Assembly: GCF_009914755.1 (NCBI RefSeq)
Contig: NC_060925.1
Length of the DNA: 64,000 bases
Source of the DNA: the human T2T-CHM13v2.0 reference genome, Homo sapiens
Reading direction: 5' to 3' (one strand)
Below, in pieces: positions 30,139-42,768 of this stretch; position 1 is the stretch's first letter; each line of letters begins with the position of its first letter. Made by a program: the position numbers and the translations under genes. A model generated the notes under the pieces. The model saw nothing but the letters and a program-made list of their open reading frames with translations. It searched no databases and was not told the origin of the DNA.

Positions 30139-33100
30139 ATGAGTAATCCCAGCCATCTCCTTTTCTTCCTGCCTTGTCCCTTCTCTCCTGTTTCCTCTCT
30201 TTTTGCCTTTGTTAATGCAAAATTAAAATGGAGACTGGGCCTGAAAACTCCTGAGCAAACAAAGCCACCCGGGCCTTAGAAATAGCCTTATCATTGCTTA
30301 AACTGCAAACATAAGTGAAACTCAAGTTGGATTGTAACTAAAAATAGGTAATACTTAACTTGGATCATTTCTGGTAAATATTTATGTTAGACAGAAATAA
30401 GATTTAACCCTAGCCAATCGTAAGCAGCCAACTAACATAATTATGTGACTAAGAACACTTCAGTAAGGTACCTCACCCAAAAGACAATTATGTAACTGCA
30501 AACCTATCAAATTTCTTTATTTTACTTCCACATCTTCCCAATTAATACCTGTCTCTGACTTTCTGTCATTAAAACATTAGACCTCTTTTGGTTTGGTGTC
30601 ACCCAATTCATGAATTGCTTCTTACTCAAATGAACTCTTTAAAATTGTATTGTGCCTTAGATTTTTCTTTAACAGTTTGGTGTCAGAAGTAGGATATAAA
30701 GTAGAATCTCCCCCAAAGATCCCTAAGAGCAATGGGTGACCAGGCATAGGTACCCATTAAGCCCATTGTGTTCACTGGTTTCTTCCTGCATTTGTGAGTC
30801 ACTAGGTAAGTCCCTCTCAGATATCAGGCTTGCAACTTGTGTCCTGAGCTCTCTGAGTTTATTTGAGTAATTTTATTTCTCATTTGATTCAGCGGTTAAT
30901 CTGGGTATTTGACAAGTTCATCTGTTTCCAACAGGAACTATACTAGGTCCAGTATAGTGTACTAGTTTCCAGACAAGGTCTGATTTCTGGATTGGGATCC
31001 AGAGGTCAAATTGGGTATTTGACAGATTGAACTAGGTGTTCAACAGAAACTGAACTGGGGGTCCAGTTGGAGTCCTCAGGTAGGTAAATTTCAGAAGGGC
31101 AAGATATTATGGCTTTGTCAGAATGTACAGAGTCTGGGACTCCTCCATCTGAAACACAGTGATTTCTATGTTCAGATAATATGGGCCCAGAACCTGTGAC
31201 TTTCTAGAGAAATAGGTGTGCCTTACCTATTGAGCCTTACCAGAGATGACTTAAAGTTGCAATGGTCACAGTGAGGATGTTTAAATCTAGAAAAAATTGT
31301 TCATTTAAGGGATGCATTGGGAAAAAATGAGATCCCAAATGTCTCAGAAACAATGATAAATAATTTTGATTGGTATGTAAAGGTTTCTAAAAGAATGATT
31401 TAAAAAAATAGTCTCTCTAAGTAAATCTTTACAATGTGCTAATAAGAAAGTATTCTAAACCTATTAACCTCTTTGATTGCTTGCTTTTTCCATCTGAACC
31501 TACTCAATGCTAACCTCCTTAAAAAATTAGATCCTCAAATGAGCCAGGAGTATCTACAACAACTAAATTTAACTCTTGTTATTGCACACATGAACTATTA
31601 TAAAAGCAACCACTAAGGCTAAAAATAATAAAAACTAACTGGAAATAGGCCAGATAAACTAGATGTCTCCTTAGTCACTCATTTAAAATTTAATCCAGTC
31701 TCAATAAGATTGACTCCTAATAATAGGTGAAAATGCCCCAAAACTCCTTCTTGGAGAAGCTTCGTACCCTTTCTCCGGGCCTTTGAATTGTGTAAATGTT
31801 TTTAAAACACAAGCTTCAGCGAAAAGACTCATCAAAAAGAAAGAAGGAGGAATTTTTTAGAAACAAACTGGCAAATGAAAAATCTTAATAGTCCTCTCCA
31901 CAAATATCAATAAAAAGTGTCAGCCATCTGAACAGCTAACTTTAACCAGAGACTAGATCCAACTAATTAGTTTTATATTATTATACCTGGCACATGGCTA
32001 AAATTTCAGAACAAAAGCCATGAATTTCTGTTTGCATCTTTCTGTATGTTTACATATATCTACACATGTGTATGCTATTTGTACATAATATTATTCTATC
32101 TCCAGATGGTATTTATTAGAAACAGTATTAAAGGAGCTCAACTGGCCTAGAGAAAAATAAGCACTTATATAAATTACATATTTTCTCAGAAGAAAAGAAC
32201 TTGGCCAAAATGCTTTTCAACTTCATATGACCTGAGTAATCTTTTATAAATAAGAATATTGGCATTAATGAAAGTGAATATTCTACCTAGTTTTACCCAA
32301 ATAAGCTCATGTTGTCTGCTATACAATTTGTCAAAAAAATACCTTGAGATGACAGGTAGTTGGTTTTGTTAATATTATGTTTGCCACTTTAACTATGTTA
32401 AATGAAATGACAGGTATTCATTAAATATCTACACCATTTCCAGATAAGACAAACTACTAAAACAAAAATAAAAAAGTGTTCCACTTATCTTTTTCTCTCT
32501 ACCTGATTGTTTCAGAATTTGGAAACTCTTATTAAGTATTTTTATTTTCAATCTGGGTGTTTGCATAGGTTCAATAAGAATCTATTCTCCTTATGACAGG
32601 ACATAATTGGGCAAGTCCTTGGCTTGGCTTCTTAGCCTAGAGAGGCTTTTAAAGGTCTAATCTGAGATTTCTCAATTACTAGATAGTGTTTAAAAACTAA
32701 AGTTGACTGATAACAAAGTCAGTAAAGTCTCTTGGATATCACCAAAACTGTGGCTAAAATATATTTTAAAATTACTGTTTTTATTATACCTATATAAATA
32801 ATCAGGTCAAAATTAATGAAACTAGATTTATTTTTGCAAAAAAGTCAACTTTGATTTTTGGTAAAAATGGAAAATAAAAATATTTTTCTCCAGAATAAAA
32901 AAGATTATATTTTAGTAGAAAACTATTGTGCATCCATTGTCAAATTCTAGGCCTGTTCATTTTCTTTGAAGTTTTATTATCTCCCTATAAACCAGATTGA
33001 CTCCTGAATTTTTGTTTTTTAGTTCCACTAGAAACTAAAACTGCCCTTTTCCAAAGCTCTGCAAACTGAAACTGGTGACTTTAAGCTTCAGAAAAATCAC

Positions 33101-33494
33101 TGCAACAGAGCACTTATGCCTTAATGCCAATCTTAATGCCTGCTGCTATCTGGGTCACTCAGAGAGTTTACCAGAATGTTTAATGAAATAACCAGAGACA
33201 TTCAAATTGCAAACCAGTAAAGCACATCACATTGCAACTGCTATCTTCAGTCTACCATTTAAACTTGCCTCAAACTCACCTCTAGAAATTGTTTCACCTA
33301 GCTGCCCTCTAAACTCAAAAACTAAGATCATAATTTGCTCCAAATATTAACTTTGTTTTTTTAATAGAAGAATACTCTGAATTCCTTTCAAGCAATACAA
33401 TCTAAAATGAGCAAGTTAGCCTCAATAGCACCCCAAAATAGAAGTTCTTGGTATCTTAACAGCTTAACAAGGAGGAGCTTGTGTTCCTACTGAT

Positions 33495-33975
33495 GTCAAA
33501 AGAAATGCTTAAAGATCTCAGTTGGCTTTATGGTGATTCTAGAACTGGGCAATACTTGCCACCTTAAATTAGAATAAGGTTTCCAATGAGTTACAGCAGA
33601 GGAGATTGGCTTCATAGACAGAAAAAGGTCTGAAGAAAGCAGAAACAAAGAATTTAAAGTGGATTGGCTATTTTAAAGCTGGTTAAAGTTGCAAAAGACA
33701 GGAATAGGGAAACAGAATAATAAATAACTGGTTGGTTAACATCAGGTTACTCTTTTGTAAGGATGCCAATTGAAACTGGCCTGTTTGGGAGATTAGATTT
33801 TTAGGTTATTAGGTTATTATCTCTCTCTCCTGATTTTTCCAAAGGCCAGATAAGAATGTAGTTTCTGTTTGGTGACTTGAAACTTTATCGTGGGTGATTC
33901 CATTTTGATTTTTAGTCTGTTCTGTTTGGGCCTAGTGCAGGAGCTTAGTGCAAAACAACAGCCTCCTAAAATTTA
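33495..33975 (-). mobile_element. Second ERV1-class solo LTR (MER67-like) nested in the env relic
   Basis: Reverse complement begins ...ggaggctgttgttttgcactaagctcctgcactaggccc...aaaatggaatcac and interrupts the env ISD-to-TM region. Confidence 0.55.
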
Positions 33976-34180
33976 AAAGACTTTAAAGAACATACATGAG
34001 TTTTTCATCAGATAATATTTATTTGTATTCATTAATTTATTTGATTGGTTAAGTCTTGGCTCCCGAGAATCTTTGCTCAGAGGAATTTTTCAATCCTTGG
34101 CTATTATTCTCCTTATAGTTATTGTATTTACCTCCCCGGTGTATTGAATTATCCTATGGGTTTTAAATGCTTTCCTGCAG

Positions 34181-34354
34181 CCACCTGGACGTCAAATGAT
34201 TGCCATCAGAAAGAGACAACCTGAAGAAACCAACAATGACTATGAAACAGCTGACGGCGGCTACATGACTCTGAACCCCAGGGCACCTACTGACGATGAT
34301 AAAAACATCTACCTGACTCTTCCTCCCAACGACCATGTCAACAGTAATAACTAA
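34181..34354 (+). CDS. FCGR2C: FCGR2C last coding exon C3 (ITAM)
   Basis: ctgcag|PPGRQMIAIRKRQPEETNNDYETADGGYMTLNPRAPTDDDKNIYLTLPPNDHVNSNN*; YxxL-x12-YxxL. Confidence 0.95.
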   Translation, partial: PPGRQMIAIRKRQPEETNNDYETADGGYMTLNPRAPTDDDKNIYLTLPPNDHVNSNN

Positions 34355-34746
34355 AGAGTAACGTTATGCCATGTGGTCACACTCTCAGCTTGCTGAGTGG
34401 ATGACAAAAAGAGGGGAATTGTTAAAGGAAAATTTAAATGGAGACTGGAAAAATTCCTGAGCAAACAAAACCACCTGGCCCTTAGAAATAGCTTTAACTT
34501 TGCTTAAACTACAAACACAAGCAAAACTTCACGGGGTCATACTACATACAAGCATAAGCAAAACTTAACTTGGATCATTTCTGGTAAATGCTTATGTTAG
34601 AAATAAGACAACCCCAGCCAATCACAAGCAGCCTACTAACATATAATTAGGTGACTAGGGACTTTCTAAGAAGATACCTACCCCCAAAAAACAATTATGT
34701 AATTGAAAACCAACCGATTGCCTTTATTTTGCTTCCACATTTTCCC

Positions 34747-34752
34747 AATAAA
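34747..34752 (+). terminator. Proximal poly(A) signal inside the 3' LTR
   Basis: AATAAA in the LTR downstream of the stop codon. Confidence 0.65.
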
Positions 34753-34827
34753 TACTTGCCTGTGACATTTTGCCACTGGAACACTAAACTTCATGAATTG
34801 CGCCTCAGATTTTTCCTTTAACATCTT

Positions 34828-35124
34828 TTTTTTTTGACAGTCTCAATCTGTTACCCAGGCTGGAGTGCAGTGGTGCTATCTTGGCTCACTGCAAACCCGC
34901 CTCCCAGGTTTAAGCGATTCTCATGCCTCAGCCTCCCAGTAGCTGGGATTACAGGCATGTGCCATCATAACCAGCTAATTTTTGTATTTTTTATTTTTTT
35001 TTTTAGTAGAGACGGGGTTTCGCAATGTTGGCCAGGCCGATCTCGAACTTCTGGCCTCTAGCGATCTGCCCGCCTCGGCCTCCCAAAGTGCTGGGATGAC
35101 CAGCATCAGCCCCAATGTCCAGCC
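34828..35124 (-). mobile_element. Alu inserted at the 3' LTR terminus
   Basis: Antisense Alu; TSD ctttaacatctt at 34816-34827 and 35126-35137. Confidence 0.9.
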
Positions 35125-35189
35125 TCTTTAACATCTTCTTTCCTATGCCCTCTCTGTGGATCCCTACTGCTGGTTTCTGCCTTCTCCAT

Positions 35190-35273
35190 GCTGAGAACAA
35201 AATCACCTATTCACTGCTTATGCAGTCGGAAGCTCCAGAAGAACAAAGAGCCCAATTACCAGAACCACATTAA
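35190..35273 (+). pseudogene. Fossil FCGR2B-type ITIM exon in the 3' UTR
   Basis: AENKITYSLLMQSEAPEE... versus FCGR2B AENTITYSLLMHPDALEE; preceded by a pyrimidine tract ending in cat instead of cag. Confidence 0.88.
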
Positions 35274-35749
35274 GTCTCCATTGTTTTGCCTTGGGATTTG
35301 AGAAGAGAATTAGAGAGGTGAGGATCTGGTATTTCCTGGTCTAAATTCCCCTTGAGGAAGACGAAGGGATGCTGCAGTTCCAAAAGAGAAGGACTCTTCC
35401 AGAGTCATCTACCTGAGTCCCGAAGCTCCCTGTCCTGAAAACCACAGACAATATGGTCCCAAATGACTGACTGCACCTTCTGTGCCTCAGCCATTCTTGA
35501 CATCAAGAATCTTCTGTTCCACATCCACACAGCCAATACAATTAATCAAACCACTGTTATGAACAGATGTAGCAACATGAGAAATGCTTATGTTACAGGT
35601 TACATGAGAACAATCATGTAAGTCTATATGACTTCAGAAATGTTAAAATAGACTAACCTCTAACAACAAATTAAAAGTGATTGTTTCAAGGTGATGCAAT
35701 TATTGATGACCTATTTTATTTTTCTATAATGATCATATATTACCTTTGT

Positions 35750-35755
35750 AATAAA
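35750..35755 (+). terminator. Distal poly(A) signal of FCGR2C
   Basis: AATAAA at the end of the ancestral FCGR2-type 3' UTR. Confidence 0.6.
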
Positions 35756-36343
35756 ACATTATAACCAAAACATTCTGTTTACCTTTTCAGGGCTGTATTG
35801 ATTGGGGTGTAGACTGAACTATCCGGGGTCTGTTTCTTTTCGGTGATGAAAGTCTTGAGAAGGTAGTAATGGATAAGATGTGAAGGAGAGGAGAGATGGA
35901 GATTTGGAGTGTAGGGTGAGTGCCCCTCTTCTTAAAACTGAATACTCTTCTTCTAATGAACTTGTATTCTTGTTTCCATGTCTTCTTGCCTTTCCTTCTA
36001 TGGCAAATAAAACACTCACTTTGTTTTGGAACACAAGTTCTCAGAAAGGCAAACTTTAGGTGAGTCGTCAGTGGAGACTGCTGACTTCCTGCACTGCTAT
36101 TTTCCCAGTGCAGTTACCAGAAGGATGTGACCTTCTCAGAGAAGTCATTCCAGGCAGATTAGAAACATGACCCACAGTCTCCTTGATGGTTTGGTGAGTG
36201 CCCTTAAAGAGCCTTCCATTTTCCTGGGACACAGCATCACTGTGCACAATTCTTGCATTTGAAAAGTAGCAGCTTTCTCTGTTGGATAGTTTACATCGAT
36301 TTTTAAGGAGGCTATGGAGCTTCCACCCACCCTTCCAAACTCT

Positions 36344-36738
36344 ATGTATTAGTCTGTCTCTATGTATTAGTGTGTTCTCATGCTGCTATGAAGAAATACC
36401 TGAGACTGGGTTATTCATGAAGAAAAGAGGGTTAATTGGCTCACAGTTCCTCATCGCTGGGGAGGCCTCAGGAAACTTACAATCACAGCAGAAGGCAAAG
36501 GAGAAGCAGGCACCTTCTGCACATGATGGCAGGACAGAGTGAGTGCAAGCAGGGAAGGTGCCAGACACTTATAAAACCCTAAGCTCTCGTGAGACTCACT
36601 CACTATTATGAGAACAGCATGGGGAAACCGTCGCCATGACCCAGTTACCTCCACCTGGTCCCACTTTTGACAGATGGGGATTATGAGGATGACAACTCAA
36701 GATGAGACTTTGGGTGGAGACAGAGCCAAACCATATCA
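36344..36738. mobile_element. MaLR LTR (MST-type)
   Basis: tgtattagt...gctgctatgaagaaatacctgagactggg...ccaaaccatatca. Confidence 0.8.
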
Positions 36739-36799
36739 CCCTAGACAGAGGCTCCTCAAATATGTAAAGCCTTGTTAAATCCTGCTTTTACATTAAAAT

Positions 36800-37548
36800 G
36801 CACCCAACAATCTGACTGCTTCTCAGTATTCTACTCCTACCACCCTGGTCCAAGCCACCATCATTTCTCACTTGGATTACTGCAATAGCCTCCTGACTGG
36901 CCTCCCTGCACTCACCCTTGCCATCCTATAGTCTATTCTCACCACAACAGCTATTGTGATCTTTTAAAAATGTGTCATATTTGTCACTTCTTTTCCCCAA
37001 ATCATATACTATCTTCTCCTTGTGCTTGGAGTAAAGGCTAGAGCTTTTGCAATATTCTACAAGATGCTACAGGATCTTGCTCTTCACTCTGTCTGACCTC
37101 ATCTCCTACTGCTTTTTCTTGCTTGCTGTTGGTCACTCTTGCTCTTCCTTGAACGTGCCAATTATACTTCTGCCCAGAGCCTATGTTATTTCCTGTTTCT
37201 GGAATGTTCTTTCTCATAGACCCACATTATGCCTCATTATGTCCTTTAGGTCTTTACTCACATGTCACCTTATCAGTGAGGTCTCCTTGATCATTCGGTA
37301 TAACCCGTCGCCCTCCCATACTCTTAATGTCCCTTTCCTTCTTCATTTTTCTCCATTGTGCTTATTACTACTGATGTACTATTAATATATGTTTACTGTT
37401 TGTTTTGTGTCTGACTTCCCCACTCCTCTCATTAGAATGCGAGCTCCAGGAGAGGTCTTTGTCTGTTTTGTTCACTACCACATACTCAGAGCCCAGGTCA
37501 GTGTCTGGTGCATGGTAAAGCGCTTAATAAATATGTGTGGAATGAGTA
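36800..37548 (+). mobile_element. L2 3' region
   Basis: ccaagccaccatcatttctcacttggattactgcaatagcctcct...taataaatatgtgtggaatga. Confidence 0.7.
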
Positions 37549-37744
37549 AATTCTTTGACGTTTGAAATCAGAGACTTTAAACTGGAAAGTCCTTAGAAAC
37601 AATGTAGTCCAATCTCTTCATTTTAAAACGGAGGAAGCTGTGGCCCAGACAGGTGAAATGACTTGTTCAAGGACAAACAGGTAGTGGATGTCACTGACCT
37701 TTATATATATATAGTTTGGATTATACTATAACTTTTGTTCTATA

Positions 37745-38094
37745 GTGAAATGGTTTGGCTATGTCCCCACCCAAATATCATCTTGAATTCCCACAACACA
37801 TGGGAGGGACCCAGTGGAAGGTAACTGAATCATGGGGCAGGTCTTTCCCATGCTGTTCTTGTGATAGTGAATAAGTCTCATGAGATCTGATGGTTTTAAA
37901 AAGGGGAGTTTCCCTGCACAAGCTCTCTCTTCTCTTGTTTGCCACCATGTGAGACATGACTTTCACCTTTTGCCATGATTGTGAGGCCTCCCCAGCCACG
38001 TGGAACTGTAAGTCCATTAAACCTCTTTCTTTTGTAAATTGCCCCGTCTCAGGTATGTCTTTATTAGCAGTGTGAGAATGGGCTAACGCATACA
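37745..38094. mobile_element. MaLR LTR (THE1-type), opposite orientation to the MST
   Basis: atggtttggctatgtccccacccaaat...ggtatgtctttattagcagtgtgaga. Confidence 0.85.
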
Positions 38095-39348
38095 ACTTGC
38101 TTTTTTTTTGTACTCAATATTGAGTCGTGAGCTTTGCACCACTTTACAATGTCTATTTAAGTCATTACTTTAAGGTCGATTCTATTTTTAAAGCTACTCT
38201 AACTAAGCTACTAAACATAAGTGGATATATTTAAGTGTATGTATAAAATTTATACTAGGCCAGCTGCAGTGGCTCATGCCTGTAATCCCAAAGCTGTGGA
38301 AGGTAGAGGTGGGATTGATTGAGGCCACGAGTTCAAGGCTGCAGTGAGCTGTGATTGCATCACTGTACTCCAGCCTGAGGGACAGAGCAGGAACCAGAAA
38401 AAAATAAAATAAAAAGAAACAAACAAAAAAACCCCCAATAACCCTGCAGTGGCTCTTTTACAAAAAACAAACAAACAAAACCAAAACTGTACTGCATGCA
38501 TAAGCTCCCCTATGCTATGTTTGAACCACTCTGAAGAGATCAATTAAAAGGAAGTGAGTGACATTGGGAGCATGCCTCTGTGATGCTGTGGTAACATTCA
38601 TAGGCTGCGTTAGGGCTATGCCTGTAACTCTTGGAGATGAGTGGGTAAGTGGGGTTTTGAGGTGGCTGGGGGCTGGAAGAGAAGGTTGGAGGAGCCCACA
38701 CAAGACAGTCCCTTAACACGCCGGGGCACAGAACCCCAGGCTGGGCCAACTTTTCCCTGCTGAGGTGAAGACCCATCTCTTGCAGGCCGTCGGCAAACGT
38801 CTTGACTCTGGCATCCAGGTGTGACCAGCTTAGACCCTGAGAGTGAGTGAATTTAAAGCTGACAGCTTCTTTCCCTTTTGGAATTATGAAATAGGTTACT
38901 TCTTTTCAAGGACAGTTTGATTTTCCACTGTGGAAGTCATATATTGCACATTTCTTTAAACATTCCCTTTTTTCCTGAACTGATCACCTTACCAGTACAG
39001 CTGATCTCTCAAGCAGCAATCTCTACCAGCTGTCACTGGTGCTCTCGGAGAGAGGATTAACCAAGAAACCCAGCCCAGGAACAGTACTGACCTCTACTTC
39101 TGGACTCCTGCCTCCCTCTTAAAAAGTCCCTTGAACTTCCTAGTGGGTTCTAACCTGTCAAAGGAGAAAATAGCCACCTATGGAGTAAGGGTTTTTAGTT
39201 TCTCTTTTTACAAATGGAAGTTTCCTTTGAATCAGGCAAGTAACGTTAAATAGAAGCCAACTTTTAAGTTTCTCCTTATAACACACTGCTAAATTATAAC
39301 ACCAGACTATACCACATACTCTCCAGCTGCCAGCTATTGCAGTTGCCA

Positions 39349-39420
39349 TCCTTGTTACTATAGTGGTAAGTATCTCTGCCTGTCATGCATGAGAGAGGGG
39401 GTCGATTCCCTGACAGGGAG
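39349..39420 (+). pseudogene. tRNA-Asp(GTC) pseudogene
   Basis: TCCTTGTTACTATAGTGGTAAGTATCTCTGCCTGTCATGCATGAGAGAGGGGGTCGATTCCCTGACAGGGAG aligns end-to-end with tRNA-Asp-GTC but has many CpG-type and stem mutations. Confidence 0.85.
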
Positions 39421-40046
39421 GTTACGGAAAATTGTGTGGGGATTTTGTCAACCTTCAAAAGTCTCAGAAATGTCTCCTTGTTTTGGCTTTCAGCGGAAAT
39501 CCGAACACCAGAAGATCTGAATGGAATGTTCTGGATTGAAGAAAGTGGGAAATGGCCTCAATTCACAAAGTCACAGCCTGATAGAAACCAGTGTGACTTT
39601 ACTGCCCAGTGAACCCATCTCGTCCTCCAGCCTTTAGGAGGTAGGTTGGACTGGAGCCTGCAGTAGTTTACTCTCCACCTGAGTCCTGGTCTCCGGCTGG
39701 GAACCCACTTAGGCCATAGAGAAAAACGCACACTGTGCCTCTCCACCGGGCCTCTGGAGACGAGGCTCCTCGGGGATACAAACAGTGGGGAGAACATGAG
39801 GGACATCCTGACCGTACACTGCGTCCTCCTTTCCCAGGTGTTGCGTTCTCTCTGGGGTTGAGTGGCGAGGTCTCTCCCGAGTCCCAGGGCCACAGTGCAA
39901 TGTCACATCCCCTTTGTGGAAAGTGACTGGTAAAAGAGAACAAAACTGGAGGAACCTAAAGTCTTCGGCCACCTGGTTTAATTTATTCAAGAGTGATTAA
40001 TCCTAGATGAGAAAAAGAATTGAAATGGATCGGAAAAAACCAAGCG

Positions 40047-40117
40047 TGCATTGGCCGGTAATCGGACGCGGGCCTCCCGCGTTGCGGGCGAGAAGTCTAC
40101 CACTACACCACCAATGC
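40047..40117 (-). tRNA. Degenerate tRNA with a Gly-GCC body and GCA anticodon (likely pseudogene)
   Basis: GCATTGGTGGTGTAGTGGTAGACTTCTCGCCCGCAACGCGGGAGGCCCGCGTCCGATTACCGGCCAATGCA; B-box damaged; T-run terminator downstream. Confidence 0.8.
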
Positions 40118-40299
40118 TAATGTCGATGAAAGAGCTGCAGTGTCATCTCTTAAAGCTGATTATCTCTGGCCATTCCTTAAGGAAACAGGCACTGTCTTAA
40201 ATCGTGGTTTGGAAAATATTTTGTTCAAGATAAAACTGTTTTAAGATATATGTATATATATCTTATATATCTGTATTCGCATGGTAACATATCTTCGGC

Positions 40300-40841
40300 C
40301 TTCCTGAGCCGCTGGGCTCTCAGCGGCCCTCCAAGGCAGCCCGCAGGCCCGTGCTCGCCTCAGGGATCTGACCTCCCACAGCCCCGGGGAGACCTTGCCT
40401 CTAAAGTTGCTGCTTTTGCAGCCTCTGCCACAACCGCGCGTCCTCAGAGCCAGCCGGGAGGAGCTAGAACCTTCCCCGCGTTTCTTTCAGCAGCCCTGAG
40501 TCAGAGGCGGGCTGGCCTGGCGTAGCCGCCCAGCCTCTCGGCTCACGGCCCGATCCGCCCGAACCTTCTCCCGGGGTCAGCGCCGCGCTGCGCCGCCCGG
40601 CTGAGTCAGCCCGGGCGGGCGGGCGGGAGGCTCTCGACTGGGCGGGAAGGTGCGGGAAGGTTCGCGGCGGCGGGGTCGGGGAGGTGCAAAAGGATGAAAA
40701 GCCCGTGGAAGCGGAGCTGAGCAGATCCGAGCCGGGCTGGCGGCAGAGAAACCGCAGGGAGAGCCTCACTGCTGAGCGCCCCTCGACGGCGGAGCGGCAG
40801 CAGCCTCCGTGGCCTCCAGCATCCGACAAGAAGCTTCAGCC
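40300..40841 (+). promoter_or_regulatory. HSPA7: HSPA7 CpG-island promoter and 5' UTR with heat-shock elements
   Basis: nGAAnnTTCn elements at 40467-40474 and 40561-40568, gaaggtgcgggaaggttc at 40646-40663, and GC boxes. Confidence 0.8.

Positions 40842-42768
<1,927 letters not shown>

Larger units (their letters stand above)
30210..34823 (+). mobile_element. Decayed ERV1-class provirus (5' LTR 30210-30674, 3' LTR 34420-34823) that contains the last FCGR2C exon
   Basis: Direct repeats tgttaa...aaatggagactgg...cctgagcaaacaaa...ctttaaca. PBS tggtgtcagaagtaggat 30678-30695 (tRNA-Leu complement); PPT aaaaagaggggaa 34406-34418. Gag-like relic from ATG 31109 (YGPRTCDFLEK...LKLQW...LNLEKIVHLRDAL) and env relics. 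Flanks cctt/tctt. Confidence 0.85.

Noticed and set aside
30678-30695. The PBS is complementary to the 3' end of the tRNA-Leu gene at 46498-46581 in the same window
   Set aside because: Any cellular tRNA-Leu can prime the ERV; co-location is most simply coincidence.
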